Shown piece after piece: positions 29,901 to 38,130 of a stretch of DNA of 64,000 nt. Numbering within the stretch: position 1 is the stretch's first letter; each line of letters starts with the position of its first letter. A program made the translations under genes and the position numbers. Below the pieces are notes generated by a model, which worked only from the letters and a program-made list of their open reading frames with translations, made no database searches and had not been told where the DNA came from. This stretch comes from Candidatus Krumholzibacteriota bacterium (lineage in GTDB: Bacteria > Krumholzibacteriota > Krumholzibacteriia > JAJRXK01): assembly GCA_963764625.1 (NCBI GenBank), contig CAVXTH010000005.1, forward strand, positions 96,001 through 160,000, in the 5' to 3' direction.

Positions 29901-30381
29901 TGGCGCCGCGATAGTCGGACGGGATGTACACGGTGCCTTCCACCGTGACGACCTGCCCGTCATACGCGGCCTCGTTCCCTTGAATGTCCCCGATGGGTGT
30001 GGCGGAGCTGCCTCCCCCGCTGGCGGTGAAATCCATCGACGGCGCGCCCGAGATGGCTTGGCCGGTGGTGTTCTCCACGTTCTGCACCCGCATCGTGTAG
30101 ACCACGCCACCGGTCAGGGGGGTGGAGAGAGTGATCGTCACCGTTGCTTGTGACACCGCTGCGTTCGAGAGAGTGGGGCGGTTCCCCGTGTTGTCCTTCT
30201 CGAAGAGGAGATAGTTAGCGACCGTCTCGCCGGTCACGGGGTCGATGTTCTCGGAGAAGGTCACGACCACCGTGGACAGGTCGGTGTTCTCGACAGAGAC
30301 CAAGGTCGGCTGCGCCGCCGCGGTCGTGATGCCCAACGCGAGAAGAATCCAAAGGCTCGAGGCGGCCATGGTCATGGCCAT
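26977..30381 (-). CDS. Large secreted modular protein: 4 Ig-like domains alternating with 3 double OB-fold repeats, C-terminal FlgD-Ig/CTD-like domain
   Basis: Ig units V.V.F(S/N)E.(I/L/V)D...(A/S)NY...Y(T)V.V.NV.D..G. OB units PI..IQ...YDGQVVTVEG.V...YIQDSSG.GI...GN.IRVTG.V..YF..VEI followed by WEG..IEV...YT.NDGSG. Tail LRIFNMNG.LVKTL...WDGTDEFG..VPAGAY. Confidence 0.85.
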   Translation of the reverse strand: MAMTMAASSLWILLALGITTAAAQPTLVSVENTDLSTVVVTFSENIDPVTGETVANYLLFEKDNTGNRPTLSNAAVSQATVTITLSTPLTGGVVYTMRVQNVENTTGQAISGAPSMDFTASGGGSSATPIGDIQGNEAAYDGQVVTVEGTVYIPSDYRGATISGYIQDSSGRGINLFGTGFDVPAAQTVGNRIRVTGTVSLYFTTVEISNPTEVAVLSGGNPRPSPVQLTTGAAANSQWEGTFIEVTGSIVSQAVSGPGINYTINDGSGPIDVRVVDTLSAPSFSNGTTITARGAGGAFSTTFQVLVGALSDVSTAGPVELAVSDASASDATTVVVNFNKAIDAASASDPGSFTVYPTAQPGSPLSVVGVSAATSSVTLSLGSSLSDGVGYTVEVADVEDTQGGVIGTSNTATFSFSASSATSIADIQANPASYDGQVVTVEGVVYIPSDYRGATISGYIQDSSGRGINVFGSGFDVPAAQTVGNRIRVTGTVSLYFSTVEIANPTEVAVLSGGNSRPSPVQLSTGAAANSQWEGTFIEVTGPITAQAVGGPGTNYTVNDGSGPIVVRIVDTLGAPSFSTGTTITARGAGGEFSPDFQVLVGLVSDVSTGGGVDTTPPTVTGASASSATSVTVNFNESLDTTTAQTAGNYQVFQTSTPANTIAVNGASLNGSHVTLSLSSSLTEDTSYTVSVSNVKDLAGNLIAGSNTAVFTYTTSNATPIATIQANPANYDGQVVTVEGVVYIPSDYRGTTTSGYIQDSSGRGINLFGNGFGVAAARTIGNAVRVTGTVSLYFTTVEIENPTEVTLLSGGNPRPSAAQLSTGAAASNNWEGTFIEISGPITAQAVAGPGVNYTVNDGSGPIDVRVVDTLNAPTFTTGTTITARGAGGLFGSTYQVNVGLVSDIFEGQAGDTSPPRIDRASLETASTVIIDFSEAVEASSATNSSNYQVFQTNSPSETAGVTGAAFVSGSTTRIRLNLDRNLGLEENWSVRVSGVADLNGNAIAAPGITAALAPLLVDAITLDGPPFTFLPRDGERYPLTINLSSDLIAKNGEVILRIFNMNGTLVKTLFDSRVKPLDSVFNDNRATIEWDGTDEFGEFVPAGAYVAHLQTRSTGSNGSNEKQMPVVVASRLDR
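27672..30003 (-). repeat. Three intragenic ~560-bp near-duplicate blocks encoding the OB-fold pairs
   Basis: Anchor GATGTACA recurs at 28150, 29041 and 29923 (spacing 891 and 882 nt), with long stretches of shared flanking DNA. Confidence 0.88.
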
Positions 30382-30661
30382 TCCCAGTTTGCGTCGCAAG
30401 GGTCCAGCTCCTTGGCTGACGGCCCCGAAGCGGGGTCGCCGATCGGATCTCAGCGGGGAGCGATCGAGTCACAGTGGAGAGGACGAGAGGCGCCCTTCCA
30501 AGATTCGCGGACCGCTGCTACCCGTAGGAAAGAGAAACTACGCTAGCAAACTCGCGAGTGTTGGGAAAGAAGAAGATGCAATTCTCCCGCAATTCTCTTC
30601 CGCGCGGTGGGAGGCGAGGCCACGACCACCGGATGAGGTGGAAGCAGAAAGGCGAAGAATA

Positions 30662-31132
30662 CTAGAAGTGTTTGGCCTCGACCTCGCGCAGAGCGGCGAT
30701 GACCGAGGCGGGAGTATCGGCGGCACGGAGCGCCGCGAGGAAAGAGTCGATGCGTAGCAGTTTGGAGATCCGCGCCAGGACCCTCAGTTGCTGTCCCGGG
30801 AGTTCGCGCGACCCCACCAACAGGAAGACCAGATCTACGGGTTCGCCGTCCACGGCGCCAAACTCGATGGGTTCGGCCAGATGGGCGATCATGACCACGC
30901 TGCCCGCGAGCTGATCGCTGCGGACGTGGGGAAGAGCCATTCCTCCTCCGATCCCGGTGGACTCCATCTCCTCCCGGGCCAGGATGGCCTTGAGCAGGAC
31001 CTGAGGATCATTGATGCGTCCGAGCTCTCCCAACCGGTCGACGAGGACTTCCAGACACTCCCCTCGATTCGCCGCTTTCAGAGAGGCGAAACAGAGCTCG
31101 GGGGAACAGTAGTTGAGGAGTTTCATCACCAT
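30662..31132 (-). CDS. Second PTS EIIA (Ntr/Fru-type) domain protein
   Basis: REEMESTGIGGGMALPHVR, IEFGAVDGEPVDLVFLL, LARISKLL. Confidence 0.9.
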   Translation of the reverse strand: MVMKLLNYCSPELCFASLKAANRGECLEVLVDRLGELGRINDPQVLLKAILAREEMESTGIGGGMALPHVRSDQLAGSVVMIAHLAEPIEFGAVDGEPVDLVFLLVGSRELPGQQLRVLARISKLLRIDSFLAALRAADTPASVIAALREVEAKHF

Positions 31133-31164
31133 CGGTCTCTCCTCTCATGGAAGGCGTTCGAATC

Positions 31165-32280
31165 TCAGCTCGGGGCTCCAGCTCGCTCGCGCAGAAAGAG
31201 TTCCACCTGTTCCGCCACCGCCATGAAGGCCTTGGCGGACGCGCTCTCGGGCGAGGCCGCGACGATGGGAAGCCCATTGTCTCCGCACTCGCGCACCTGG
31301 GCTTCGATGGGTACGCTCCCCAGATAGGGGACGCCGAAGCGATCGCTGGTCCTCTTTCCCCCACCCTTTCCAAACACATCCTCTTCATGGCCGCAATGCG
31401 GGCAGACGAAGCCGCTCATGTTTTCGACCACCCCGACGATGGGCACTTTGGTCTCCTCGAACATCTGGATGCCGCGCACGACATCGATGAGGGCGACGTC
31501 CTGGGGAGTGGTGACCATGATCACCCCGCTCAGAGGAACTCTCTGCACCAAGGTCAGCTGAGCATCGCCCGTGCCCGGGGGCAGATCGACCACGAGAACG
31601 TCCAGCTCGCCCCAAACCACTTCGTTCAGGAATTGGGTCACCGCGCCCATCACCATGGGCCCGCGCCAGATCATCGCCTTGTCGCTGGGCACGAGGAAGC
31701 CGATGGACATGCACGCGATACCTTCTTTATGCACGGGAAGGATCTTGCGGTTGTCGGCCACTTTGGGCTGCTCGGTGATTCCCAACATGGTGGGAAGACT
31801 CGGTCCATAGATGTCGGCGTCGAGCAAGCCCACTTTCTGGCCGCGGCGCGAGAGAGCCAGCGCCAGGTTGGTGGCAACCGTCGACTTGCCCACCCCACCC
31901 TTGGCGCTCGCCACCGCGAGAATGGTCTTCACGCCGGGAAGCGCGGCCTGTCCCGCCCAGGGGTCGCCTGATCCAGCCGGAGGGTGCCCGTGCCCCGAGG
32001 CGCCCGCGGGCGGCGCGGGCTTCTGAGCGCTCGCCTTGCCCCGCAGTTCCAGCTGCGCCGATTCCACGCCGTCCAGAGCCTCCAGGGCGGCCTGGGTATC
32101 TCTCTGAATGGAGCGCAAGGTCTCAAGATCGTCGATGCCATGCTCGAGCAGAACACGGACGGTGGCGCCCTCGATCCTGATTTCCTTGACCAGGCCGAAG
32201 GAGACGATGTCCCGCTGAAAACCGGGATACTTCACCGTTTTCAATGCGTTTTCGACCTGCTGCTGGCTGAGGCTGGACAT
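31165..32280 (-). CDS. apbC: Mrp/NBP35 (ApbC) Fe-S cluster carrier ATPase
   Basis: N-terminal DUF59-like segment; KGGVGKST, DADIYGPS, WRGPM, DLPPGTGD, ENMS.F.CPHC. Confidence 0.92.
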   Translation of the reverse strand: MSSLSQQQVENALKTVKYPGFQRDIVSFGLVKEIRIEGATVRVLLEHGIDDLETLRSIQRDTQAALEALDGVESAQLELRGKASAQKPAPPAGASGHGHPPAGSGDPWAGQAALPGVKTILAVASAKGGVGKSTVATNLALALSRRGQKVGLLDADIYGPSLPTMLGITEQPKVADNRKILPVHKEGIACMSIGFLVPSDKAMIWRGPMVMGAVTQFLNEVVWGELDVLVVDLPPGTGDAQLTLVQRVPLSGVIMVTTPQDVALIDVVRGIQMFEETKVPIVGVVENMSGFVCPHCGHEEDVFGKGGGKRTSDRFGVPYLGSVPIEAQVRECGDNGLPIVAASPESASAKAFMAVAEQVELFLRERAGAPS

Positions 32281-32434
32281 GATCCGCTCTTTCCTGGAAG
32301 GTGGAGGCGGGGATGAGTCCCCGGGCGTCGACGATCCTCGCGGCGGAGCATGCGAGGCGTCCCCGCGAGCCTTCAAACAAGTATGGCTTGCGCCTTAGGG
32401 CAAGCCGAAGAATCAGAACGCGCGCGCCTCCATC

Positions 32435-33193
32435 ATGCGACTGAGCGTCATCATCATTGCCCGCGACGAAGAGGATAAGCTTCCGGGAGCTCTGGCCAGC
32501 GTTCGCGCCTTCGCCGATGAAATCGTGCTGGTCGATACGGGCAGCGAGGACTCGACCCCCAAGATCGCCCGTGCCGAAGCCAAGCTGCGCTTCTTCGCCA
32601 CTCCCTTCGAGAACTTCAGTCAGGCCAAGCAGAGAGCTTTGGACGAAGCGACTGGGGAGTGGGTTCTGGCCCTGGACGCCGACGAGCGGGTGTCGGTGAC
32701 CCTGGCGCGCAAGATCGCGCAGCTGCAGGCCAATCAGCAGCTGGTGGGGATGGGAGGGTTCCGGATCCGGCGGCGCAATTTCATTCTGGGACGAGAGATG
32801 AAGTCGATGGGGCTTCAGCACGACACCCAGCTCCGGCTTTTTCGCCGCGAGGGGGCGCGGTACAACGGTCACCTGGTGCACGAGGGAGTCCAGCTCCCCT
32901 CCGGTACTCCGATCGGGCTCCTCCAGGAACCGCTCGACCACTACACTTTCGGGGGCATCGACAACTATCTGCGCAAGATGGATCTGTATACCAGCTTGGA
33001 GATCCGCGAGGGAGGCCGCCGATTCGGCCTGTGGCACCTCATCTCGAGTCCGCCGAGCACTTTCTGCCGGATTTACCTGTTCCGTGGGGGCTGGCGCGAC
33101 GGATTTCCGGGCTTCTTATGGGCCAGTCTGACCGTGCTGGGGCGCTTTCTACGCGACGTGAAGCTCTGGATCCAGAGCCTGGAAGAAGCCTAA
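32435..33193 (+). CDS. Glycosyltransferase family 2 (WaaE/KdtX-like)
   Basis: LSVIIIARDEE, DEIVLVDTGSED, WVLALDADE, VHE, HYT, GWRDGFPG. Confidence 0.9.
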   Translation: MRLSVIIIARDEEDKLPGALASVRAFADEIVLVDTGSEDSTPKIARAEAKLRFFATPFENFSQAKQRALDEATGEWVLALDADERVSVTLARKIAQLQANQQLVGMGGFRIRRRNFILGREMKSMGLQHDTQLRLFRREGARYNGHLVHEGVQLPSGTPIGLLQEPLDHYTFGGIDNYLRKMDLYTSLEIREGGRRFGLWHLISSPPSTFCRIYLFRGGWRDGFPGFLWASLTVLGRFLRDVKLWIQSLEEA

Positions 33194-33807
33194 CCGCTCG
33201 GCTCCAGTTGGCGGGCAGCTCTCTCCCTACCCATCTCCACGTACTCCTCGAAGGGATGATCGGGCGCCAGCTCTTGCAAGATGTCGTAGATCTGGAGCGC
33301 CTTCTCCGTGGTCTCCTGGCGCCGCAGGTAATCGTCCGCGATCTGGAGCATGCCTTTCACCGCGCGCAGGCACTTCGCATCGGCCTGAAGCAAGTAGGCG
33401 TAGATCCGTTGCGCCACTTCGAAGTGAAGGGTCGAGCGTTGCACCGAACCCAACTTGAGCCACTGGTCGGTCTGCAGCTCGAAGGAATCCCATTGCTCAC
33501 CGAAGGGAGCGAGGGCTTCGCTCACGGCCGAGAGGTTGCCCACCGAGACGGCGAGCTGTACCGCCTCCTTGGCGGTGCTCAGCGCATCGTCTTCGCCGAG
33601 TCTCTGCTTAAGCACGGCAATGCGGCTCAGAACCAGAGCGTGCGGACCGCGCGCGGCCAGAAACTCGAGCATCTGGGTGAGAGCCTGACGCGGATCTTCC
33701 TCCGCCAAATGCTCGTTGGACTTGAGCGTATCGATGACGCTGGCCGTCGCCTGATCGTTGGTCAGCACTGTCGACTGACGATCTGGAACTTGAGAACGGT
33801 CGGGCAT
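33190..33807 (-). CDS. Hypothetical helical (TPR-like) protein
   Basis: About 205-aa ORF with a helical repeat pattern (KGMLQIADDY..KALQIYDIL...PDHPF); no catalytic motif seen. Confidence 0.6.
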   Translation of the reverse strand: MPDRSQVPDRQSTVLTNDQATASVIDTLKSNEHLAEEDPRQALTQMLEFLAARGPHALVLSRIAVLKQRLGEDDALSTAKEAVQLAVSVGNLSAVSEALAPFGEQWDSFELQTDQWLKLGSVQRSTLHFEVAQRIYAYLLQADAKCLRAVKGMLQIADDYLRRQETTEKALQIYDILQELAPDHPFEEYVEMGRERAARQLEPSG

Positions 33808-33876
33808 CGCGACTCCTTGAATCCCGGGCTGACTCCTCACCGGGCCCACCTCGGCCCGGAGTTTCACCCTCCGTCT

Positions 33877-33892
33877 GGCAAAGATCAGGCCG
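33877..33892 (-). promoter_or_regulatory. Putative sigma54 -24/-12 promoter
   Basis: Minus strand CGGCCTGATCTTTGCC, about 70 nt upstream of ATG 33807. Confidence 0.4.
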
Positions 33893-34012
33893 CACGCACC
33901 CACACGCGCGGACGGAGTTCCCCATCGCGTCTCGTTGTTTCTCAGAATGTTTCGAGGATCGATCTGCGTGGCCGCCCCACGGACGCAAAAGGCCTGGACC
34001 GCCCGAATCGGC

Positions 34013-34354
34013 TCAGGAACCGAAGGATGCGACCGCTTCGTCTTCTTTGTCGAAGTGCTCGAAGACCAGCCCGAGTTGGGTCACGTGGAGGATGTTGTCG
34101 ATCCGATCGCTCATCTCGCAGATCTTCATCCGGCCGCCGTTCTTGACCAGACTCGTATAGGCCGAGACCATCAGCCCCAGGCCGGTGCTGTTGATCCACT
34201 TCACTCGAGACATGTTCAAAAGGATGTCGATCTTGCCCTCGGTGACCAGGGACTTGATGGTGTCGTGGAAGAGGTTGAAGTCGTCGCCGCCCATGATTTT
34301 TCCGGAGAGTTCGAGGATTACGACATCTCCATTTTCGCGCTGTTTGATCTTCAC
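34013..34354 (-). CDS. STAS-domain anti-sigma factor antagonist
   Basis: LSGKIMGG, LLNMSRVKWINSTGLG (phosphorylatable Ser), L.VTQL..VFE. Confidence 0.92.
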   Translation of the reverse strand: MKIKQRENGDVVILELSGKIMGGDDFNLFHDTIKSLVTEGKIDILLNMSRVKWINSTGLGLMVSAYTSLVKNGGRMKICEMSDRIDNILHVTQLGLVFEHFDKEDEAVASFGS

Positions 34355-34605
34355 CGGGGCCTCCAGTATTGAGCCAGCAGAATGAGACGGGATCGGGATC
34401 GGACGGAGCCCATACCACCAACAGAAGCAGCGGCTTCATCCACGACCATTGCAGGGTACTGGAGAGCTGCCCACAATTCAAGTCGCGTCGAAGCGCTCGA
34501 GGCGCTCTTGCCAAGCCCGGACTTCGGCCGCATCTTGGCGAAACCCTCTCGGAGATACCGAGCGCGCTTCGGTGCGGTCGGAGCATCAACTCGCGGAGCC
34601 CATCG

Positions 34606-35424
34606 ATGCATCGAACTCTTCCAGTCCCGTTGCTTAGCGCCGCGCTGGTAGTCCTCACCCTCTCGGGTTGGGTCCCTTGCGTGCGCGCCCAGGCCGTCAC
34701 CGTTGCTTCGCAACCCTCGGACCAGACGACCTCACGTCCTCCCTTCCCTTTTACCCCCGCCCATCTGGAACGCGCGTGGCAGGAGGCCGGCACGCGCCAA
34801 TCGCTCTTGGTCTTGGGAGCGGGCCTGGCCGCGAGCGTCGCCATCTATCCTCTCGACGACGAGATCTCCGATCGCTTCTACCAGCAGAAACCCCTGGGGC
34901 CTGACGCACACAACATCGGCGCCCAAATGGGGCACCGGAAGTACGTCGCGCTCATGAGCGCCGGCCTCATCGCCTCCGGGCAGTTGATCGGCAACCGGCG
35001 GATTCGCGACACCGGGTTTCTCTACGCGGAGTCGAACCTCATCACCGCCGGTCTCAACACGCTTCTCAAGAAGGGCGTCGGACGGGTCCGTCCTGACGGC
35101 AGCAACGACAAGAGCTTTCCCTCGGGACACGCCAGTTCTTCCATGGCCTCGGCTCGCGTCCTCCAGGCTCGCTTTGGCTGGTGGGTCGGGGCTCCCGCCT
35201 ATCTCGCGTCCGGGTACATCGGGCTCTCGAGGGTCCAAGGTAAGAAGCACTTTCCCAGCGACGTCATTTTTGGATGGGTCCTCGGATTCACCGTGAGCTC
35301 GGCCCTTGTCCGAGCCTCGGAGCCTCGTCCCGGCGAAGAGGGATTCGAGAAGAGCGGCGTGTCATGGCTGCCCCCGCCCGATCCCCAAGATATGGGCCTG
35401 GCTCTGCTTCGCGTCCGCTTCTAG
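34606..35424 (+). CDS. PAP2 family phosphatase
   Basis: K..VGR.RP, SFPSGH, SRV..KHFPSDV motifs; signal-like N-terminus. Confidence 0.9.
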   Translation: MHRTLPVPLLSAALVVLTLSGWVPCVRAQAVTVASQPSDQTTSRPPFPFTPAHLERAWQEAGTRQSLLVLGAGLAASVAIYPLDDEISDRFYQQKPLGPDAHNIGAQMGHRKYVALMSAGLIASGQLIGNRRIRDTGFLYAESNLITAGLNTLLKKGVGRVRPDGSNDKSFPSGHASSSMASARVLQARFGWWVGAPAYLASGYIGLSRVQGKKHFPSDVIFGWVLGFTVSSALVRASEPRPGEEGFEKSGVSWLPPPDPQDMGLALLRVRF

Positions 35425-35432
35425 TCCTTCCC

Positions 35433-35448
35433 TGGCACGCCCCCTGCT
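35433..35448 (+). promoter_or_regulatory. Putative sigma54 -24/-12 promoter
   Basis: TGGCACGCCCCCTGCT, about 77 nt upstream of GTG 35525. Confidence 0.6.
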
Positions 35449-35524
35449 TTTCTCCTCCTGATGCTCGGGGGGGCACGGCCGGGACGGTGACGCCATCTAC
35501 GGGAAGAACCGGACGCAGGGTAGC

Positions 35525-36994
35525 GTGTCGATCCTTGGCCAGCCGAGGGTTCAGCGCAAAGGCCAACCGCTTTGGCGAGCTTTGGCGGTGGGTCTAATCA
35601 CCGCAGTGGTGGGCGGAGTCATTCTGGGCCTCACCCTGCGGACCGACCCGGATGGGGAACAGTTCGACCTCAGCTATACGATTCACGTGCTCGACGCCCA
35701 GAACGGGGTGCTCGAGATCAGCGTGCACGCTGCGAACATGCACGCGCGGAATCTCTACCTCACGACCGCGAGCACGGACGCCCAGGACACTCATCTGCCA
35801 GCGAGGATTCGGCTTCGGGAGACTCGCAACGCCCTGGGACAACCGGCAGAAGTGGAGCGAGGCGAGAACCACTGGAAGATCCGAGCGAAGGGCGGCGGGG
35901 TCGAGGTCCGCTATGAGACCTGGCTCAAGGCGGGTCTCTCCGGAGGCGAATTCACGCAACAGACCCTGAGTCACATCGACGGGCACGGCGCTCGTCTGGT
36001 GGGAAGCGACATCTTCGCGTTTCCCGTCTTCGCCGCTCCCCGGAACATCCGCGTGAGCTACGACATGCCGAGTTCCTGGGTCCTGATCAATCCCTTCCAA
36101 ACCGGCGCGACCACCGCGGTGTATCCGGACGTGAAGTCTCTCTACCACTCGGCGGTGGGGCTGGGAGAGTACCACGTCCTGGAGCGCACGGTTCGTAATT
36201 GCCGTTTGCGCGTGGCAATCCGCGGCAAGTACCGCTTCCTGGATCAGGACCTACTGGACACCGTGAGTCAACTCGCCGCGGTCCAGATGGACATCTTCGG
36301 CGGAGCGCTGCGAAAGGAATACGTATTTCTGGTGAACCCACACCCTCTGTCCGGCGATCCGCAAACCGTGCGCTACTTCGGGTTGCACTACGAAGGCAGC
36401 ATGATCCTCTTGATCGATTCGAACACCGACCGGGATCGTCTGCAGAAGGAACCGGCGCAGCTTTGCGCTCACGAATTCTACCACAATTGGTGCGGGGAGC
36501 TGATTCGGCAGAATGGTTATGACATGAACTGGTTCATCGAAGGGGTCACCGAGTTCTACGCCTACCAGACCCGACTCGAAGCGGGGATCATGAGTTTCCC
36601 CGAATACGCGCGCGTTCTCAACGAGCGCTTTCACCAGGAGTACGAACTCAGCCCCTTACGCGGCAAGACGAGTCTGGCGTGGGCCGGAAAGGAAGTGCTC
36701 GTCGACGGGGAGACCACTCAGTTCATGTACAGCTGCGGCCTCTTCGTGGCCTCCGCCCTGGACGCCCAGATCGACGAGCTCACGCAGCAGAAGAGCAGCC
36801 TCGACGACCTCATGTTCCTCCTGGCGCAAAGGGCCTTGAAGGACCCCCAGTTCATTCTCACTCGCGAGACCCTCGAGAAAAGTCTGTCCGACCTGACCGG
36901 ATTCGACTTTCACGATTGGCTGGGAAAGTACGTCTATTCCACCCAGACGCCGCGGCTCCCCTCGTACATCACGCGCGAAATGGCGATGCGTTGA
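35525..36994 (+). CDS. M61/M1-like zinc metallopeptidase with N-terminal membrane anchor
   Basis: AHEFYHNW...WFIEGVTEFY gluzincin motif, SLDDLM; no PDZ at the C-terminus. Confidence 0.8.
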   Translation: MSILGQPRVQRKGQPLWRALAVGLITAVVGGVILGLTLRTDPDGEQFDLSYTIHVLDAQNGVLEISVHAANMHARNLYLTTASTDAQDTHLPARIRLRETRNALGQPAEVERGENHWKIRAKGGGVEVRYETWLKAGLSGGEFTQQTLSHIDGHGARLVGSDIFAFPVFAAPRNIRVSYDMPSSWVLINPFQTGATTAVYPDVKSLYHSAVGLGEYHVLERTVRNCRLRVAIRGKYRFLDQDLLDTVSQLAAVQMDIFGGALRKEYVFLVNPHPLSGDPQTVRYFGLHYEGSMILLIDSNTDRDRLQKEPAQLCAHEFYHNWCGELIRQNGYDMNWFIEGVTEFYAYQTRLEAGIMSFPEYARVLNERFHQEYELSPLRGKTSLAWAGKEVLVDGETTQFMYSCGLFVASALDAQIDELTQQKSSLDDLMFLLAQRALKDPQFILTRETLEKSLSDLTGFDFHDWLGKYVYSTQTPRLPSYITREMAMR

Positions 36995-36998
36995 GACG

Positions 36999-38024
36999 CT
37001 ACTCCATTTGCTCGATGCGACGCATGGTCACTCCGCCCTGCATGAAATCGAGATAGTTCTCGTAGGGCGCGGTGCGGTCGTCGAGATCCTCGAGGAGCTC
37101 CAACGGAACCTGGCAGCTAATGGCCTGAAAGTTTCCCTCGAGTTGCTCGAGAGTGCGGGGACCGATGATCGCGCTGGTTACGAGTTCCTGGCTCAGGACC
37201 CAGCTCAAGGCCAGAGCCACCGGGCTGGTTTCGAGCTCGGCCGCTTTCTGCTTCAGAAGATCGATGACCTGGAAGTTCTGCTCGGTCCACATCCGTTCCC
37301 GCCAGGTGTACATGACGTCGTCCTGGGGCAGGTTGGACATTCTGGCTCCCTTGGGTCCCCCCTCGAGAGTGTACTTACCGGTGAGCATCCCGAACGCCAG
37401 TGGACTCCAGGCGAGGATTCCCAGATCGTATTCCTCGCAGGCCGGAATCAAGCCCACCTCGATGTCCCGGCACAGGAGATTGTACTGGGGCTGGGTGACC
37501 ACGAAGCTCTCCAGGCCCTCCTTTTGCGCCCTCTCCATGGCCAGAACCAGTTGCCATCCGGTGAAGTTGCAGCATCCGAGGTAACGCACCTTCCCCTGAT
37601 GCACCAGATCGCTGAGAGCGGAGAGGGTTTCCTCGATGGGGGTGAGCGGGTCCCAAATGTGAATCTGGTAGAGATCGATGTAGTCGGTGTCGAGGCGACG
37701 TAGCGAGTGTTCCACCTGCTCGAAGATGTTCTTGCGGCTCAAGCCGGTTTGGTTGGGACCGTCGCCCTCGGGAAAGAAACACTTGGTGGCCAGGACGAGC
37801 TTCTCTCTTTTTCCCTTGAGGAACTTGCCGATGATCTCTTCGCTGCGCCCGGCGGCGTAGCGGTTGGCGGTGTCGATGAAGTTGCCGCCGCGATCGACGT
37901 AGGAGGCGAGGATGTCCAAGCTGGTCTCTTCATCGCATCCCCAGCTCTCATTTCCGAAGTTCATGGTGCCCAGGCAGAGGGGATGAACCAGAAGGCCGGT
38001 TCTTCCCAAAAGTCGATAGCTCAT
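36999..38024 (-). CDS. Aldo/keto reductase
   Basis: LCLGTMNFG, FIDTANRY, LATK, SLRRLDTDYIDLYQIH, WSPLA.G.LTGKY. Confidence 0.93.
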   Translation of the reverse strand: MSYRLLGRTGLLVHPLCLGTMNFGNESWGCDEETSLDILASYVDRGGNFIDTANRYAAGRSEEIIGKFLKGKREKLVLATKCFFPEGDGPNQTGLSRKNIFEQVEHSLRRLDTDYIDLYQIHIWDPLTPIEETLSALSDLVHQGKVRYLGCCNFTGWQLVLAMERAQKEGLESFVVTQPQYNLLCRDIEVGLIPACEEYDLGILAWSPLAFGMLTGKYTLEGGPKGARMSNLPQDDVMYTWRERMWTEQNFQVIDLLKQKAAELETSPVALALSWVLSQELVTSAIIGPRTLEQLEGNFQAISCQVPLELLEDLDDRTAPYENYLDFMQGGVTMRRIEQME

Positions 38025-38130
38025 CGGTCGACTCCCGTTGGAAGGGGTGATGGAAGAGAATTGTAGCGCCCCGCCTGGCCGCGTGTCATCCTCTCGACTC
38101 TCGAGGTTCGATCGACGGGAACTGGGACGA

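Noticed and set aside
27672-30003. Regular repeats considered as CRISPR or mobile-element repeats
   Set aside because: The units are ~560 bp, in frame and protein-coding; no short repeat-spacer pattern or cas genes.
33970-34010. GGACGCAAAAGGCC resembling part of a c-di-GMP-I riboswitch
   Set aside because: Lacks the upstream GGCAAAC-GAAA P2 element and is on the wrong strand for the neighbouring genes.
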